This document shows positions 18,388-28,451 of a stretch of 64,000 bases of DNA, piece after piece. The notes under the pieces are model-generated. The model made no database searches and had not been told where the DNA came from. It saw only the letters and a program-made list of their open reading frames with translations. The position numbers and the translations under genes were made by a program. Position 1 is the first letter of the stretch. Every line of letters begins with the position of its first letter. Origin of the DNA: Myxococcales bacterium (GTDB lineage: Bacteria > Myxococcota_A > UBA9042); contig JBBISH010000012.1 of assembly GCA_037441385.1 (NCBI GenBank), forward strand, positions 1 to 64,000, read 5' to 3'.

Positions 18388-20085
18388 ATGACGACGCGCC
18401 GCCGCCTCGCGGTCGTGATCGCGCTGCTCCTGGGCTATGCCTGGCTGTTTCCGTTCAGCGAACAGATCAACAATCCCAACGAGATGGTGCGCATCTACCT
18501 GACGCGCGCGATCGTCGATCACCACACCTACGCGATCGGCCGGCGCGATGCGCTGCCCGGAGGCGGGTTCACGGACCGCGGCTCGGTGATGGCTGAATGG
18601 GGCTACGTCAACGACAAGGCCCTGCAATGCGATGATCCGACTCAGAAACCGCCGGATTGCGCCGGCTGGCTCTATCCCGCCAAGGCGCCGGGCCTGTCGC
18701 TGCTGGGCGTGGTGCCCTACTGGCTGCAGAAGCAGTTCTTTGCCCTGCGCGGCGCGCCGTTGACCAAGCCGGCGATCGTGTGGTGGCTGCGCCTGTGCTG
18801 CGTGGTGCTGCCCAGCGTGGCCGGCTGGTACCTGCTGATCCTGCACCTGACCCGCCGCTTGCGCCGCCCGGAGCTGGGGCTGGCCGTGGGTCTGGCCGCC
18901 GCACTCGGGTCGCTATCCCTGACCTATGGCCAAATGTTTGCCGGCCATCAACCCACTGGCATGGCGCTGCTTTTGGCCTATTTGGCGGGTGTGCGCGCGC
19001 CCACCGCCGCCCAGGGTGCGCCGCAGGGGCGGGGCTGGGTGGTGCTGGCCGGCCTGGGCATTGGCCTTGCCGTCCTCATCGAATTCCCCGGAGCGCCGGC
19101 GGGGTTGCTGCTCGCCGGTTGGCTGCTGGCGCGGCGACGCCACCTGCAGGACCTACTGTGGTTGGGTCTGGGCGGCCTGCTGCCGGCCGTGGCGCTGGGT
19201 CATTTCGACACGGTCGCGTTTGGCGCGCCGTGGCAACTGCCCTACAGCCATCTGGAAAACCCCGAATTCGTCAAGGACATGGCCCCGGGCTTCATGGGCA
19301 TCTCGCTGCCCACGGCCGAAAAGCTCACGGGCTCGCTGATTTCGCCCTTTACCGGGCTGTACTTTTGGGCGCCGTGGGCGCTGTTTGCGTGGCTGGGCCT
19401 GTTGGGCGCGCGCCGCCACGTCGACCCCGCCGGCTTGCTGGGCACGCGCCGCGACGAGGCCCTGATCGCCTGGCTGATCTGCCTCTATTTCCTGTTCTTT
19501 CAGACCACACACGCCCTGTGGCGCGGTGGCTGGGTGGTCGGGCCGCGCTACATCACGGCAATCGTGCCGTTTCTGGCGCTGGCGGCCGCCCACGGCTTGG
19601 ACAGCCTGCGCGGCCCGTGGCAGGCCCTGGGGCGAATCCTGTTCAGCACGGCGGGGATAGCGGCGATCGTGGCCACGGGCGCCGCTACGGCCGTGTGCCA
19701 GGGCTTCCCGCTGGAAGTGTGGAATCCGCTAAACGAGGTGGTGCAACCCCTGTTGGTGCATGGCTTTGTCTGGTCCAGCCCGCTGTACTGGGTGGGTCTG
19801 TCGGCGCGGATGGCTGCCCTGCCCTACGCGATGGCGCTGGGTGGCGCGATGGTGGGGGTGGCGTCCGCCATGAACCCGTTTGGACACGCTCGCTTGCCGC
19901 TGCGGCTGGCGGCCACGGCGACCCTGCTGGGTTTGGGCCTGATCATGGCCGCGACCCTGTGGCACCTGCAGCCCGCCAAGCCGCGCACGCCCGACGATCA
20001 GCGCGGTACGGTGCGTTTCTTGATGAACACCTGGTGGCCACCGCAGCCGCGCGGGAGCTACCCGCTGCCCCCCGAGCCCAAGTAG
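18388..20085 (+). CDS. Polytopic membrane protein, probable GT-C glycosyltransferase
   Basis: Many TM helices; YPAKAPGLS, GGWVVGPRY motifs; adjacent to polysaccharide operon. Confidence 0.65.
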   Translation: MTTRRRLAVVIALLLGYAWLFPFSEQINNPNEMVRIYLTRAIVDHHTYAIGRRDALPGGGFTDRGSVMAEWGYVNDKALQCDDPTQKPPDCAGWLYPAKAPGLSLLGVVPYWLQKQFFALRGAPLTKPAIVWWLRLCCVVLPSVAGWYLLILHLTRRLRRPELGLAVGLAAALGSLSLTYGQMFAGHQPTGMALLLAYLAGVRAPTAAQGAPQGRGWVVLAGLGIGLAVLIEFPGAPAGLLLAGWLLARRRHLQDLLWLGLGGLLPAVALGHFDTVAFGAPWQLPYSHLENPEFVKDMAPGFMGISLPTAEKLTGSLISPFTGLYFWAPWALFAWLGLLGARRHVDPAGLLGTRRDEALIAWLICLYFLFFQTTHALWRGGWVVGPRYITAIVPFLALAAAHGLDSLRGPWQALGRILFSTAGIAAIVATGAATAVCQGFPLEVWNPLNEVVQPLLVHGFVWSSPLYWVGLSARMAALPYAMALGGAMVGVASAMNPFGHARLPLRLAATATLLGLGLIMAATLWHLQPAKPRTPDDQRGTVRFLMNTWWPPQPRGSYPLPPEPK

Positions 20086-20118
20086 CCGGGACCAACGGCA
20101 GGCAATTGCTTGAAAATA

Positions 20119-21129
20119 CTACAGATTTGCGGCGATACGCTGCAGACTCACCAGAATGCGCTGGTCGTTGCCCATGTGACCGCCCTCGAATTCTTCGAGT
20201 TGGTAGGGAACGCCCGCCAACTGCAGTTGCTTGGCCAAGATGCGGTGACCGATGTCCAGGCACCACTCGTCCAACGTTCCGGCATCTAAGTAAAGCGTTT
20301 TCAGCGACTTGAGCGCCGTGGCGTGCCGCGGCGCGAACCGCACCGGGTCGCACTCCAGCCAGCGTTGCCACACGTCGGCGCGCAGGTCGCCCGTGTCCAG
20401 GTCAAAAGGCAGGTCGCAGAAGATACCAGGAACCGCGGGGTTGGGCGAATAGGCCTGGGCGTAGGCGATCACCATCATGGCCGAGAACTCTTGCGAGCTG
20501 CGCGACGCCTTGGTCACGAACTGCTCGACAAAATCCGCGGGCTGAGCGTAGCGCCGCAACACCTGAAAACACTTGCCCAGATCCAGCCGATAGCTCAGTT
20601 CGAAGGCGCTGTCGCCGGCCGTAGAGCACACGTGACCGAACACGTCGGGCCGCTCGGCGCCAGCTAGCAAGGCCCCGTAGCCACCCGAGCTCTTGCCCAT
20701 GACGCCGCGCGCGTCGCGGTGCGCAACGGTCCGCAATTCGCGGTCCACCGCCCCAACCAAGTCGTTGCACAGGTAGTCCAAATAGTTGCCACATACCGGC
20801 GAGTTGCGGTACTGCGCGCCGCCCAACCGGGTAAAACCATCCGGAAACGCGACCAGCAGCGGCGGCAAGCTGCCGGCGGTGATCAGGCGGTCCAAAGCTA
20901 GGTGGATCGGCTCTTCCCAACTCTTTTCGCCCAGTTTCTGTCCGCCCCAGCCGGCGTAGCCCGCCAGATAGAAGACCACCGGAAAGCGCTGCTCGGGCTC
21001 GCTGTCGTACTGGGGCGGCACGTACACCGGCAGCAGCCGCCTGGTAGGATCGCCAAGTAAGTTGCCAGAAAGACTGAGACTATCCACAACGAGTTGACGA
21101 TAATAGGCACGACTCGGGGCGGCGGGCAT
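20119..21129 (-). CDS. Esterase (Fes-like alpha/beta hydrolase)
   Basis: VYVPPQY, GKSSGGYGA nucleophile elbow, YLDAG, GGH. Confidence 0.88.
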   Translation of the reverse strand: MPAAPSRAYYRQLVVDSLSLSGNLLGDPTRRLLPVYVPPQYDSEPEQRFPVVFYLAGYAGWGGQKLGEKSWEEPIHLALDRLITAGSLPPLLVAFPDGFTRLGGAQYRNSPVCGNYLDYLCNDLVGAVDRELRTVAHRDARGVMGKSSGGYGALLAGAERPDVFGHVCSTAGDSAFELSYRLDLGKCFQVLRRYAQPADFVEQFVTKASRSSQEFSAMMVIAYAQAYSPNPAVPGIFCDLPFDLDTGDLRADVWQRWLECDPVRFAPRHATALKSLKTLYLDAGTLDEWCLDIGHRILAKQLQLAGVPYQLEEFEGGHMGNDQRILVSLQRIAANL

Positions 21130-21241
21130 GGCGCATTCCTGAGCGCCGGAGTGGCGCGACGCCGCAAGGAGACACGCATCCCGCTGCAGATTCAAGCGGC
21201 CGCGCGACAGATCGCGGTGCCGGTCCTATACTTATCGCGCC

Positions 21242-22513
21242 ATGCCCAAGTTCCGCACCGCCGATGTCAACGACTTCTTCAACCTGACCGGGGGCGGCGT
21301 GCGCCGCTACCACCTGGAAAAACTGCGCTACATGGCCAAGCGCAGCGACATCGAATACCACCTGCTGCTGCCCAGCGATCGCGCAGCCATCGAGGTATTT
21401 GGCAACGCCCGTGTCCATCACGTGCCGGCGCTGCATGTGGGCGCAGGGTACCGGCTGATGCTGAACCCGCTGCGGCTGCGGGCGGTGCTGCAGACGATCC
21501 AGCCGGATCTGGTCGAAGTGGGCAGCCCCTACAACACCCCGGACATGGTGCGATTTGCCCTGTGGGGGCGCCAGGTTCCGATCGTCGGCTTTTGGCACGC
21601 CAACTACCCGGTCACGGATGTGGGGCGGGTGTTCGCCCGCCAGGGGGAGCGCGCCGGCAAGCTGGGCGAGCGGCTGGCTTGGTGGTGGGCGCGCCGGACC
21701 TACGGGCAATTCGCCGCCACCATGGCCGCGACCGACTGCATGATCGAGCAACTGCGCGGCAATGGCGTGGATCGCGTGGTGCACACGCCGCTCGGCGTCG
21801 ACACACAGATGTTCCATCCCAAGCACCGCGACCACGCGCTGCGGCAAAGCTGGGGTGCCGGCCCTGAGCAGGTGGTGATGGCCTGGGCTGGCCGGCTGTC
21901 GGAAGAGAAAAATTACCATGCACTTTTAGGTGCTTACGATATCTTGCGCCGCACGACCGAGCACAAGCCCGTGCTGGTGATCGCCGGCCACGGCCCCGGT
22001 CTGCCCGAAGCACAGGCCCTGGCGGCCCGCTACCCGGAGGTGCATTGCCTGGGCTTTGTCGAGCAGTCGCGGCAGATGGCCAAGATCCTGGCCTCGGTCG
22101 ACGTGTTGGCCGCGCTGTGCCCGTACGAAACCTTTGGCCTGGCCGCGGTGGAAGCGATGGCCTCGGGTGCGGCCGTGCTCGGCGCGTCGCAGATGTCGAT
22201 CGGCGAGCTGCTCGGCGTGTGTCGCAGCGGGATCGCGCTGGATCGGGCAACCCCAGACTCGGTGGCCGAGGCTTGGCTCGAACTGCTGCGCCCAGGCCGC
22301 GCCGCGTTGCTCGGTGCCCGCGGCCGCGTCGAAGTCGAGCAGCGCTACAGTTGGCGCGCGACCTTCTCGCGCATTGTCCAAGTCTATCAACAAGTCCTGG
22401 CCGAGTCGGCGAGCTCGCGCCGGCTGTCCACGGCGGTGACACCTTTGCTGGAGCAGGAGCCACCGCCGCCGGCCGACGAACAAGACCTGCCCGAAGAACG
22501 CCTGCACCGCTGA
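21242..22513 (+). CDS. Glycosyltransferase family 4
   Basis: GGGVRRY, PLGVD, GRLSEEKN, ETFGLAAVEAMASG. Confidence 0.92.
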   Translation: MPKFRTADVNDFFNLTGGGVRRYHLEKLRYMAKRSDIEYHLLLPSDRAAIEVFGNARVHHVPALHVGAGYRLMLNPLRLRAVLQTIQPDLVEVGSPYNTPDMVRFALWGRQVPIVGFWHANYPVTDVGRVFARQGERAGKLGERLAWWWARRTYGQFAATMAATDCMIEQLRGNGVDRVVHTPLGVDTQMFHPKHRDHALRQSWGAGPEQVVMAWAGRLSEEKNYHALLGAYDILRRTTEHKPVLVIAGHGPGLPEAQALAARYPEVHCLGFVEQSRQMAKILASVDVLAALCPYETFGLAAVEAMASGAAVLGASQMSIGELLGVCRSGIALDRATPDSVAEAWLELLRPGRAALLGARGRVEVEQRYSWRATFSRIVQVYQQVLAESASSRRLSTAVTPLLEQEPPPPADEQDLPEERLHR

Positions 22514-22906
22514 GATTCGCTCGCGCTGCCAGCGACTTGGCTGGTTGGGCACGGGGGCGGGCGCCGGCTCGCCGGCTGGACACAAGGCCGCGCTCAGCCG
22601 AGTCGTCAGTACGGGCCCCAAGCCCTTGATGCCCAAAGGCGGCGCGCCCCGCACACATGGCGCTTGCCGGCAGTGCTCGACCAGGGCGGCTGCGAGTCGC
22701 GGCCCAACCCCCGGAACGCTGTGAAAATCCTCGACCACCGCGCGACGACCGTCGATGCAACCCTGGCCAGCCAACTGGGCTCCCGGCGAGGCCACCACCT
22801 GCCCCGGCGGCGGTTGGCCCACCGAGTGGCCCAGCTGCAGCCAAGCCGCGAGCGACGCCAGGGCCAGCGCCCCCAACCGAACCAAGACTGGGTCGCTGGG
22901 CTGCAT
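21926..22906 (-). CDS. ComEA-like membrane-anchored helix-hairpin-helix DNA-binding protein (ORF reads on antisense into the GT gene)
   Basis: N-terminal TM, HhH motifs VPGVGPRLAAAL and IKGLGPVL in the first ~110 aa; ATG directly after the radC stop. Confidence 0.6.
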   Translation of the reverse strand: MQPSDPVLVRLGALALASLAAWLQLGHSVGQPPPGQVVASPGAQLAGQGCIDGRRAVVEDFHSVPGVGPRLAAALVEHCRQAPCVRGAPPLGIKGLGPVLTTRLSAALCPAGEPAPAPVPNQPSRWQRERISAVQAFFGQVLFVGRRRWLLLQQRCHRRGQPARARRLGQDLLIDLDNAREGRAPTVALLDFDAAAGTEQRGAAWAQQFEPSLGHRVWGCPIQRDPAATHAEQLADRHLRRAEHGRTRGHRFHRGQAKGFVRAQRGQHVDRGQDLGHLPRLLDKAQAMHLRVAGRQGLCFGQTGAVAGDHQHGLVLGRAAQDIVST

Positions 22907-23380
22907 CTATCCCTCTGATCCCACGTAGAAACTCTGCCGGACTTTCTGCTCCCGGCCGGCGCTGCCTGGCCCCTGCTGGCGCGGAAACAGCCCCCGGTCG
23001 GCCAGGCTCGACCAGCCGCGACTCGCGACGACCACGTGGTCCAGCAGCGCCACCCCCAGCAACCGCGCCGCGGCGGCGACCCGGCCCGTAAAGGCGATGT
23101 CGGCCGCGCTGGGTTGCCCCAGTCCCGACGGGTGGTTGTGCACCAGGGCCAACGCCGGCGCCCCGGTGGCAATCACAGCCCGCAGCACCTCAGCCGGCCG
23201 CACCGCCACGTGGCCGCGACTTCCGCGGACCACCGTCTCGCAAAGCACCGCTCCACTGCGGTCGAGCCCAATCACCACCAGCACTTCGCGAGTCAGCAGC
23301 GCCAGGTGTGCGTAACGCGCTGCCAGGTCAGCAGGTTTGCGCAGCGGCGCGCGGCGGGCCGCCTCGGCAAAATGGGCCAT
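22907..23380 (-). CDS. radC: RadC-family JAB domain protein (JAB domain only)
   Basis: E...HNHPSG...PSAAD...LLDHVVV motif; purine-rich RBS. Confidence 0.9.
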   Translation of the reverse strand: MAHFAEAARRAPLRKPADLAARYAHLALLTREVLVVIGLDRSGAVLCETVVRGSRGHVAVRPAEVLRAVIATGAPALALVHNHPSGLGQPSAADIAFTGRVAAAARLLGVALLDHVVVASRGWSSLADRGLFPRQQGPGSAGREQKVRQSFYVGSEG

Positions 23381-23457
23381 TTCCTTCCCCTTGTGCGGTG
23401 CGCTAGCTTCCGGGCGACCTGGGCAACGGCGCTGCGCCAGCCGCGCGCGAGCGAAGA

Positions 23458-23473
23458 TGCAAGGACCGTGCCA
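23458..23473 (-). promoter_or_regulatory. sigma54 promoter of the radC-comEA-like operon
   Basis: TGGCACGGTCCTTGCA, consensus -24/-12, about 78 nt upstream of radC ATG. Confidence 0.75.
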
Positions 23474-23529
23474 TCGACCTACACCACAGAACCAGATGCG
23501 CACATTCGGCTTTTTGGTCGGCGGGGACG

Positions 23530-23564
23530 GCGATACTGGTATCAGGCGGTCTCATCGATACCGG
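23530..23564. promoter_or_regulatory. Candidate UAS motif, copy B
   Basis: GCGATACTGGTATCAGGCGGTCTCATCGATACCGG, 30/35 match to 4115-4149. Confidence 0.55.
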
Positions 23565-23666
23565 CGCAGCGCGGAACGCCGGACCTGCGACTTCCTTGAC
23601 CGCAGCCGCGGTACAGAGACAATACAGGTGGAGTGCTGCACTTTTTGCCGTTCCGCGAGTTCGCCC

Positions 23667-26600
23667 ATGCCTGACCTCCAGCCTGCCCGGCCGCTCTGCC
23701 ACCCCCGGACGCTTCTACGTCAAGTGGGCATGGCTCTTGGGCTTCTTTGCCTGACCGCCAGCCAGTTTGCCTGTTCCCCCAACGACGAAGACCCCTCCAC
23801 GGGCACCTCCGTCGCCACCGCCGATATCACCGTCACGGTCACCGAGCCGGCCCTGGGCGACAAACCGCCGGTGCTGGGCAATACCTTCACGCTCAAGGTC
23901 ACCGCCAAGGCCCCCAAAGGCACCACCATCAACTCGGTCAAGGCGACCTACCCGAACGGAACAGTAATACCATTGGCCAACGCGAGCGGTGTTTGGTCGG
24001 CCGTGCTCGACACCACCAAGATGTTGGCGGTGGCCAGCCCCGAAAAGGCTTGCGGCAAGAAGGCTTCGATCGACATCACCGCCACCGGCAACGCCGGCGC
24101 CTCGGGCAACACCATCCTTGAGATCGACGTGGATCACTGTGGCCCGGTGCTCGAGATCGTGAATCCCAAGCAGCCTGGGCCGGGCGAGGCCAACCCAGTG
24201 TTCATCGGCAAGGTGCCCTATGAGTTGAAGGTCAGCGATCCCAAGTTGGCCAAGGCACAGCTGTTTGCCTCGACCGATGCCGAACCGGCGCCCGTACAGC
24301 TGGGCGAAGACATGACCCGCACCGGCAGCTACACGGGCCTCATCGACCGCACCAAGAGCGACTCGGCGACGGTGCACCTGCAGCTCAAAGCCGTGGATCA
24401 GGCTGGCAACGTGAGCGAACTCACGCGCGACGTCTCGGTGCTGCGGCAGCCGTCGTTCTTGGGCAACACGGACGACAACGACCTGTACGCCAAATCGATC
24501 GATGACGTGGTGGCCCTCGACTTTGACGGCGACACCATCTTGGACGAGGTGATCGGCGGCGATTTCGGCGTCATTGTGCGCCGCGGCCTTCCGGTAACGG
24601 GCAAACCCACCCAGCCGTCGCTGACGTTCGAACCCATCTCGGCGCTCGCCACCAATCCGCTGGCGCAGGCAAACACCTTCCAAGACAAGGACTTCACGGT
24701 ATCGCGCCTGCTGGCGACGCATATCCTGAGCAAGAACGCCGCCGGCCAGCCGGCCAACCTCGACTTGATTGCCGCGGGCACCTGGGGCGGCAGCCCGGCC
24801 CTGATCGCCTTGGTGCTCGTTGCGCAACCTGACAGCAAGACGGGCAAATTCCGCTACGGTTATCGGGCGATCCAAGCCCACCCGGTGCCAGAAGCCATCA
24901 AAGCCGCCGAGTTGGGCGACCTGGACGCCGACGGACTGCCCGACGTGATCGCGGCCATGGGCACCGGCAACACCGGCCTGCTCACCGTGCTGGTGCAAAA
25001 GGATCCCACCTGCTACCTGGGCAAGACGCCCAAAGCGTGCAGCGAGACCGATCCGCTCAAGATCACGGACTCGAACGTGTTCCGCGAGGGCGATCACCAG
25101 CCGCTGCACAAAGGTGTGGCGGCGATCAGCTCGATCGCGGTCGGCGATTTCTACTCGGACAAAGAGAAGCTCAACGACGTCTGCGTGGGCGACGCGAACC
25201 GCCCCTACGTGACCTGTTACGAGAACACCAGCAAAGACGGCGCGTTGCAGCAGGGCGAAGACGGCTTCTTCTCGGCCGACACGGGCGACACCAATTTGAT
25301 CTTGAAAGTCGAATTCACCTCGCCAAACGGCTCCGATGGCCCCGACCTGATCTACGCGAGCAAGAACGGCACGGTCCGCTGGATCAAGGGCCAGCCCAAC
25401 GGCACCTTCAACTTCGATCCGGGGTCCAAGAGCTTCCGCACGATTTTGGGGTTCGTCGCGACCGATCTGCGCGTCGCCAACGTGGGCCCCACCGGGACGC
25501 CGTGGCTGGTGATGGTGTCGGGCGGCCGGCAAGTAACCACTGTGCCGGTGTCGCTGACCGAAGACAACATGGTGCTCGAGTGCTTCCGCAGTTGGGTCAT
25601 GGGCGGCTCGGTCAAGAAGACGCTGGTCGACGACTTTGACAGCGACGGCACGCTGGACATCCTGGCCTTGGCCGCAGGCCCCAACGGCACACCCGTGTAC
25701 CGCGGCCTGGGCGGCGGCGATTTCCGCGCGCCCCACGTCCACCACATGTGCTACGTCAAGCGCGGCACCAAGCGGTTTGGCGTGTCGAACATCGTCCAAG
25801 CCACCGCCGTGGACCTGCAGGCCGACGGCAAGCCCGACATCTTGGCGCTCGGCGACCTGGGCGATTCGCTGATGCCCCTGCCCGGCGACGGCAATTGCGG
25901 CCTGGAGATGGCCAGCCCCAAGTTCTTCCCGGTCTGGCCGTGGCACGCGTGGATGAACGCCACCGGCCTGCCCGGCTTCATGCCGCGCGCCACCGAGTTC
26001 AATCCCAATTACAGCAAGTTCAAAGCCGAGGCGGGCGTCAAGACCGACTGCAACATCGAAAATGGCAACGCCCCGCAACAGTTCGGCTCGCCCAAGCGGT
26101 TCGCCGTGGGCGACTTGAACAACGACAAGCTGCCCGACGTGGTGATGCTGCGCAAAGAGTCGTCGTACTACGTGGGCGACAAGGATCCGTCGTCGGACAA
26201 GTGCGCAAAGTGCAAGGCTTTCAAGACGTCGAACGAGTTCCAGAACGATTATGGCGACGAGGGCAAGGAAGGCGACAGCTGCTGCCACTACTACGCCGTG
26301 TCGGATACGGACAAGCAGACGCCGCTGGTGGGTTTTGGCGGTGGCGCCCCCCTGCCGCGGGCCTCGCTCTTCATCCAGCTGTCGGGCAAAAAGGACGCGC
26401 CGCTGGGTCTGGATGTGACGGCCAAGATTCCAAGCCCGATTCCCGTCAAGGCCAATTTTGCCCAAGCGGCCGGTATCGAGCCGGTCGACGTGGTCATTGC
26501 CGACTTGAGCGGCGACAAGAAGAACGATTTGGCCGTGGCGCTGCCCGATTTCGGGACCAAGGGCCAGGCCGTGTCGATGTCGGCGCGAGTGCGCGTTTTC

Positions 26601-27290
26601 TTGGGCAATGGCGCCGGTGGCATCAAGCACGCGGACCAGAGCGGCGACTACCGCGACCTGCTCGATGATGGGGGCATCTGGATCGGCAAGGAACCTGTAG
26701 AGTACCGGCGACTGTACGGCACGCCGGCTTCGCTGTTCGCGGCGACGTACGGCAACAAGGGCCTGCTCGGCCTGTTCGCGGTCGAGAAGGTGGCCGACGC
26801 GGTGGACGCCCTCATGTCGACGGGCACTGGCGGGACTTTCGAGTCCGCCAAGCAAGTCCCGGTGGGTACCGGCGTCGCCGCCTGCAGCGGCCGCGACGTC
26901 AACGGCGACACGATCACCGACCTGCTGTGTGCCACCAGCGACGCCGTCGGCTACCTGAAGGGCCTGGCCACGGGCAAGGGCGACTCATTCGAAGCCAAGA
27001 CCAACTTGGTCGAAAACGGCGTGCCGCTGGCGGCCGTCGAGATCGGCGACGTCAACAAAGACGGCAAGATGGACTTGATCGCACTGGACGCGACCTCCTC
27101 GATGGTCCAGTTCTACCTGGGCGACGGCAACAACGGCTTTGCGGCCTATACCGGCCAGTTGCTGCCCTTGGCCGAGGTCATGGCCATCCAGTCGGCCGAC
27201 TTTGACGTGGACGGCTGCGTGGACCTGATGGTCACCAGCAAGATGGGCGTCACGGTGCTGCGCAACTTGGCTTGCGACAAGACCAATTAA
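23667..27290 (+). CDS. Large FG-GAP/VCBS-repeat lipoprotein (putative adhesin)
   Basis: Lipobox-like QFAC; Ig-like N-terminal part (AVDQAGN); many D.D.DG..D repeats. Confidence 0.88.
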   Translation: MPDLQPARPLCHPRTLLRQVGMALGLLCLTASQFACSPNDEDPSTGTSVATADITVTVTEPALGDKPPVLGNTFTLKVTAKAPKGTTINSVKATYPNGTVIPLANASGVWSAVLDTTKMLAVASPEKACGKKASIDITATGNAGASGNTILEIDVDHCGPVLEIVNPKQPGPGEANPVFIGKVPYELKVSDPKLAKAQLFASTDAEPAPVQLGEDMTRTGSYTGLIDRTKSDSATVHLQLKAVDQAGNVSELTRDVSVLRQPSFLGNTDDNDLYAKSIDDVVALDFDGDTILDEVIGGDFGVIVRRGLPVTGKPTQPSLTFEPISALATNPLAQANTFQDKDFTVSRLLATHILSKNAAGQPANLDLIAAGTWGGSPALIALVLVAQPDSKTGKFRYGYRAIQAHPVPEAIKAAELGDLDADGLPDVIAAMGTGNTGLLTVLVQKDPTCYLGKTPKACSETDPLKITDSNVFREGDHQPLHKGVAAISSIAVGDFYSDKEKLNDVCVGDANRPYVTCYENTSKDGALQQGEDGFFSADTGDTNLILKVEFTSPNGSDGPDLIYASKNGTVRWIKGQPNGTFNFDPGSKSFRTILGFVATDLRVANVGPTGTPWLVMVSGGRQVTTVPVSLTEDNMVLECFRSWVMGGSVKKTLVDDFDSDGTLDILALAAGPNGTPVYRGLGGGDFRAPHVHHMCYVKRGTKRFGVSNIVQATAVDLQADGKPDILALGDLGDSLMPLPGDGNCGLEMASPKFFPVWPWHAWMNATGLPGFMPRATEFNPNYSKFKAEAGVKTDCNIENGNAPQQFGSPKRFAVGDLNNDKLPDVVMLRKESSYYVGDKDPSSDKCAKCKAFKTSNEFQNDYGDEGKEGDSCCHYYAVSDTDKQTPLVGFGGGAPLPRASLFIQLSGKKDAPLGLDVTAKIPSPIPVKANFAQAAGIEPVDVVIADLSGDKKNDLAVALPDFGTKGQAVSMSARVRVFLGNGAGGIKHADQSGDYRDLLDDGGIWIGKEPVEYRRLYGTPASLFAATYGNKGLLGLFAVEKVADAVDALMSTGTGGTFESAKQVPVGTGVAACSGRDVNGDTITDLLCATSDAVGYLKGLATGKGDSFEAKTNLVENGVPLAAVEIGDVNKDGKMDLIALDATSSMVQFYLGDGNNGFAAYTGQLLPLAEVMAIQSADFDVDGCVDLMVTSKMGVTVLRNLACDKTN

Positions 27291-27305
27291 GCCAAGTGAG
27301 CGCAC

Positions 27306-28313
27306 CTACTTGGGCGGTCGCCGCGCGTAGAACCCGTCGATCACCGCCGCGTCCAGTGTGACGTGCAGCGCGCGCTCGCCGCGGATGTAGACCGATCCCG
27401 CGGGCGCGCCCTTGACCTTCTTGACCCCCTTGCCCGGACATACGCTGACCTCGGCGCGATCGCCCTTGGCCAAACCCGATAGGTGCGCAGCCAGCATGGC
27501 ACAGGCGCGCAGCTCGGCGTCGCTGGGAGCGCCCTGCCCCTCCAGCCGCAGCACCACGTGGGCGCCGGTCTGGTCGCGCACGTGGAACCACAGGTCGCGG
27601 CCGCGCAGCAGGCGGGTGACCAGCGCGTCGTTGCCCAGCGCACTGCGCCCGACCAGCACCGGCCGCCCCTCTGGACTACGGAACAGCTCGACTCCCTTGG
27701 GCAATTCAGCTCCGGCCTTGCGGGCAATCTGGCGTTGCACCGCGTCGGGCTTGTGCTCGCCGCCCACTTTCAGGCGCAGAGCCCGCACCTGTTGCAGCCA
27801 CGCGTCGGCATCGCGAAACAAGGCGCACGGCCGATCGTCAAGCTGTTCGCGCTCTTGCGTGGTCGCCGCCTGCCACCTCTGCGCGCGGGCCAGCAGCAGC
27901 GCCCAGGCGGCTTGCACGTCGGCCACCTGCTGCAGGCGCACTTCCGTGGCCCCGCGCCGCTCGGCGATGATGCGAGCACCAGCAGCAAGCCCGCGTGCCC
28001 GTTGGAAAATCTTGGCGACGTTCTCTGCCGCGCTCAGGTCGGGCCGCAGCGACACGGTCAGCGCCTGGTCCGGCGCCCATGGGACCACCCCGCTCCATGT
28101 CGCGGCACCGCGCGGCACCTGCCCAAGCTGACCTTTCAGAACTTCGCCGGCTAGACGCAACTCGCCAGCCTGGTCGGCGCGGAGCTGGTCCTGTGCCAGA
28201 TTCTGCAAAAGGCGCTTGAGCTTGGCGACCTCGGTCTTGAGCGACTGCCGGGCCACGGCGGTCCGCTCGGCCAGGGACTGCGGCAGGGGCGGTGGGGCAG
28301 GTACAGGTTCCAT
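27306..28313 (-). CDS. NFACT (RqcH/FbpA-like) coiled-coil plus NFACT-R RNA-binding domain protein
   Basis: LSAAEN..IF, VLVGRSALGND, DLWFHVRDQTGAHVVL, KKVKGAPAGSV. Confidence 0.8.
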   Translation of the reverse strand: MEPVPAPPPLPQSLAERTAVARQSLKTEVAKLKRLLQNLAQDQLRADQAGELRLAGEVLKGQLGQVPRGAATWSGVVPWAPDQALTVSLRPDLSAAENVAKIFQRARGLAAGARIIAERRGATEVRLQQVADVQAAWALLLARAQRWQAATTQEREQLDDRPCALFRDADAWLQQVRALRLKVGGEHKPDAVQRQIARKAGAELPKGVELFRSPEGRPVLVGRSALGNDALVTRLLRGRDLWFHVRDQTGAHVVLRLEGQGAPSDAELRACAMLAAHLSGLAKGDRAEVSVCPGKGVKKVKGAPAGSVYIRGERALHVTLDAAVIDGFYARRPPK

Positions 28314-28451
28314 CGAGTTCAAATGCCTCCCGCACCCGGTATGCATAAAAATCGAGCATTTGAACTACGCGGCCGTGGCTGCGGCCGTGCGCGGGGGTCG
28401 CAGGGGGCGGGGGTCCTAGAGTGCGCGGCGCGCCCCCTTGGCCCTTTCTAC

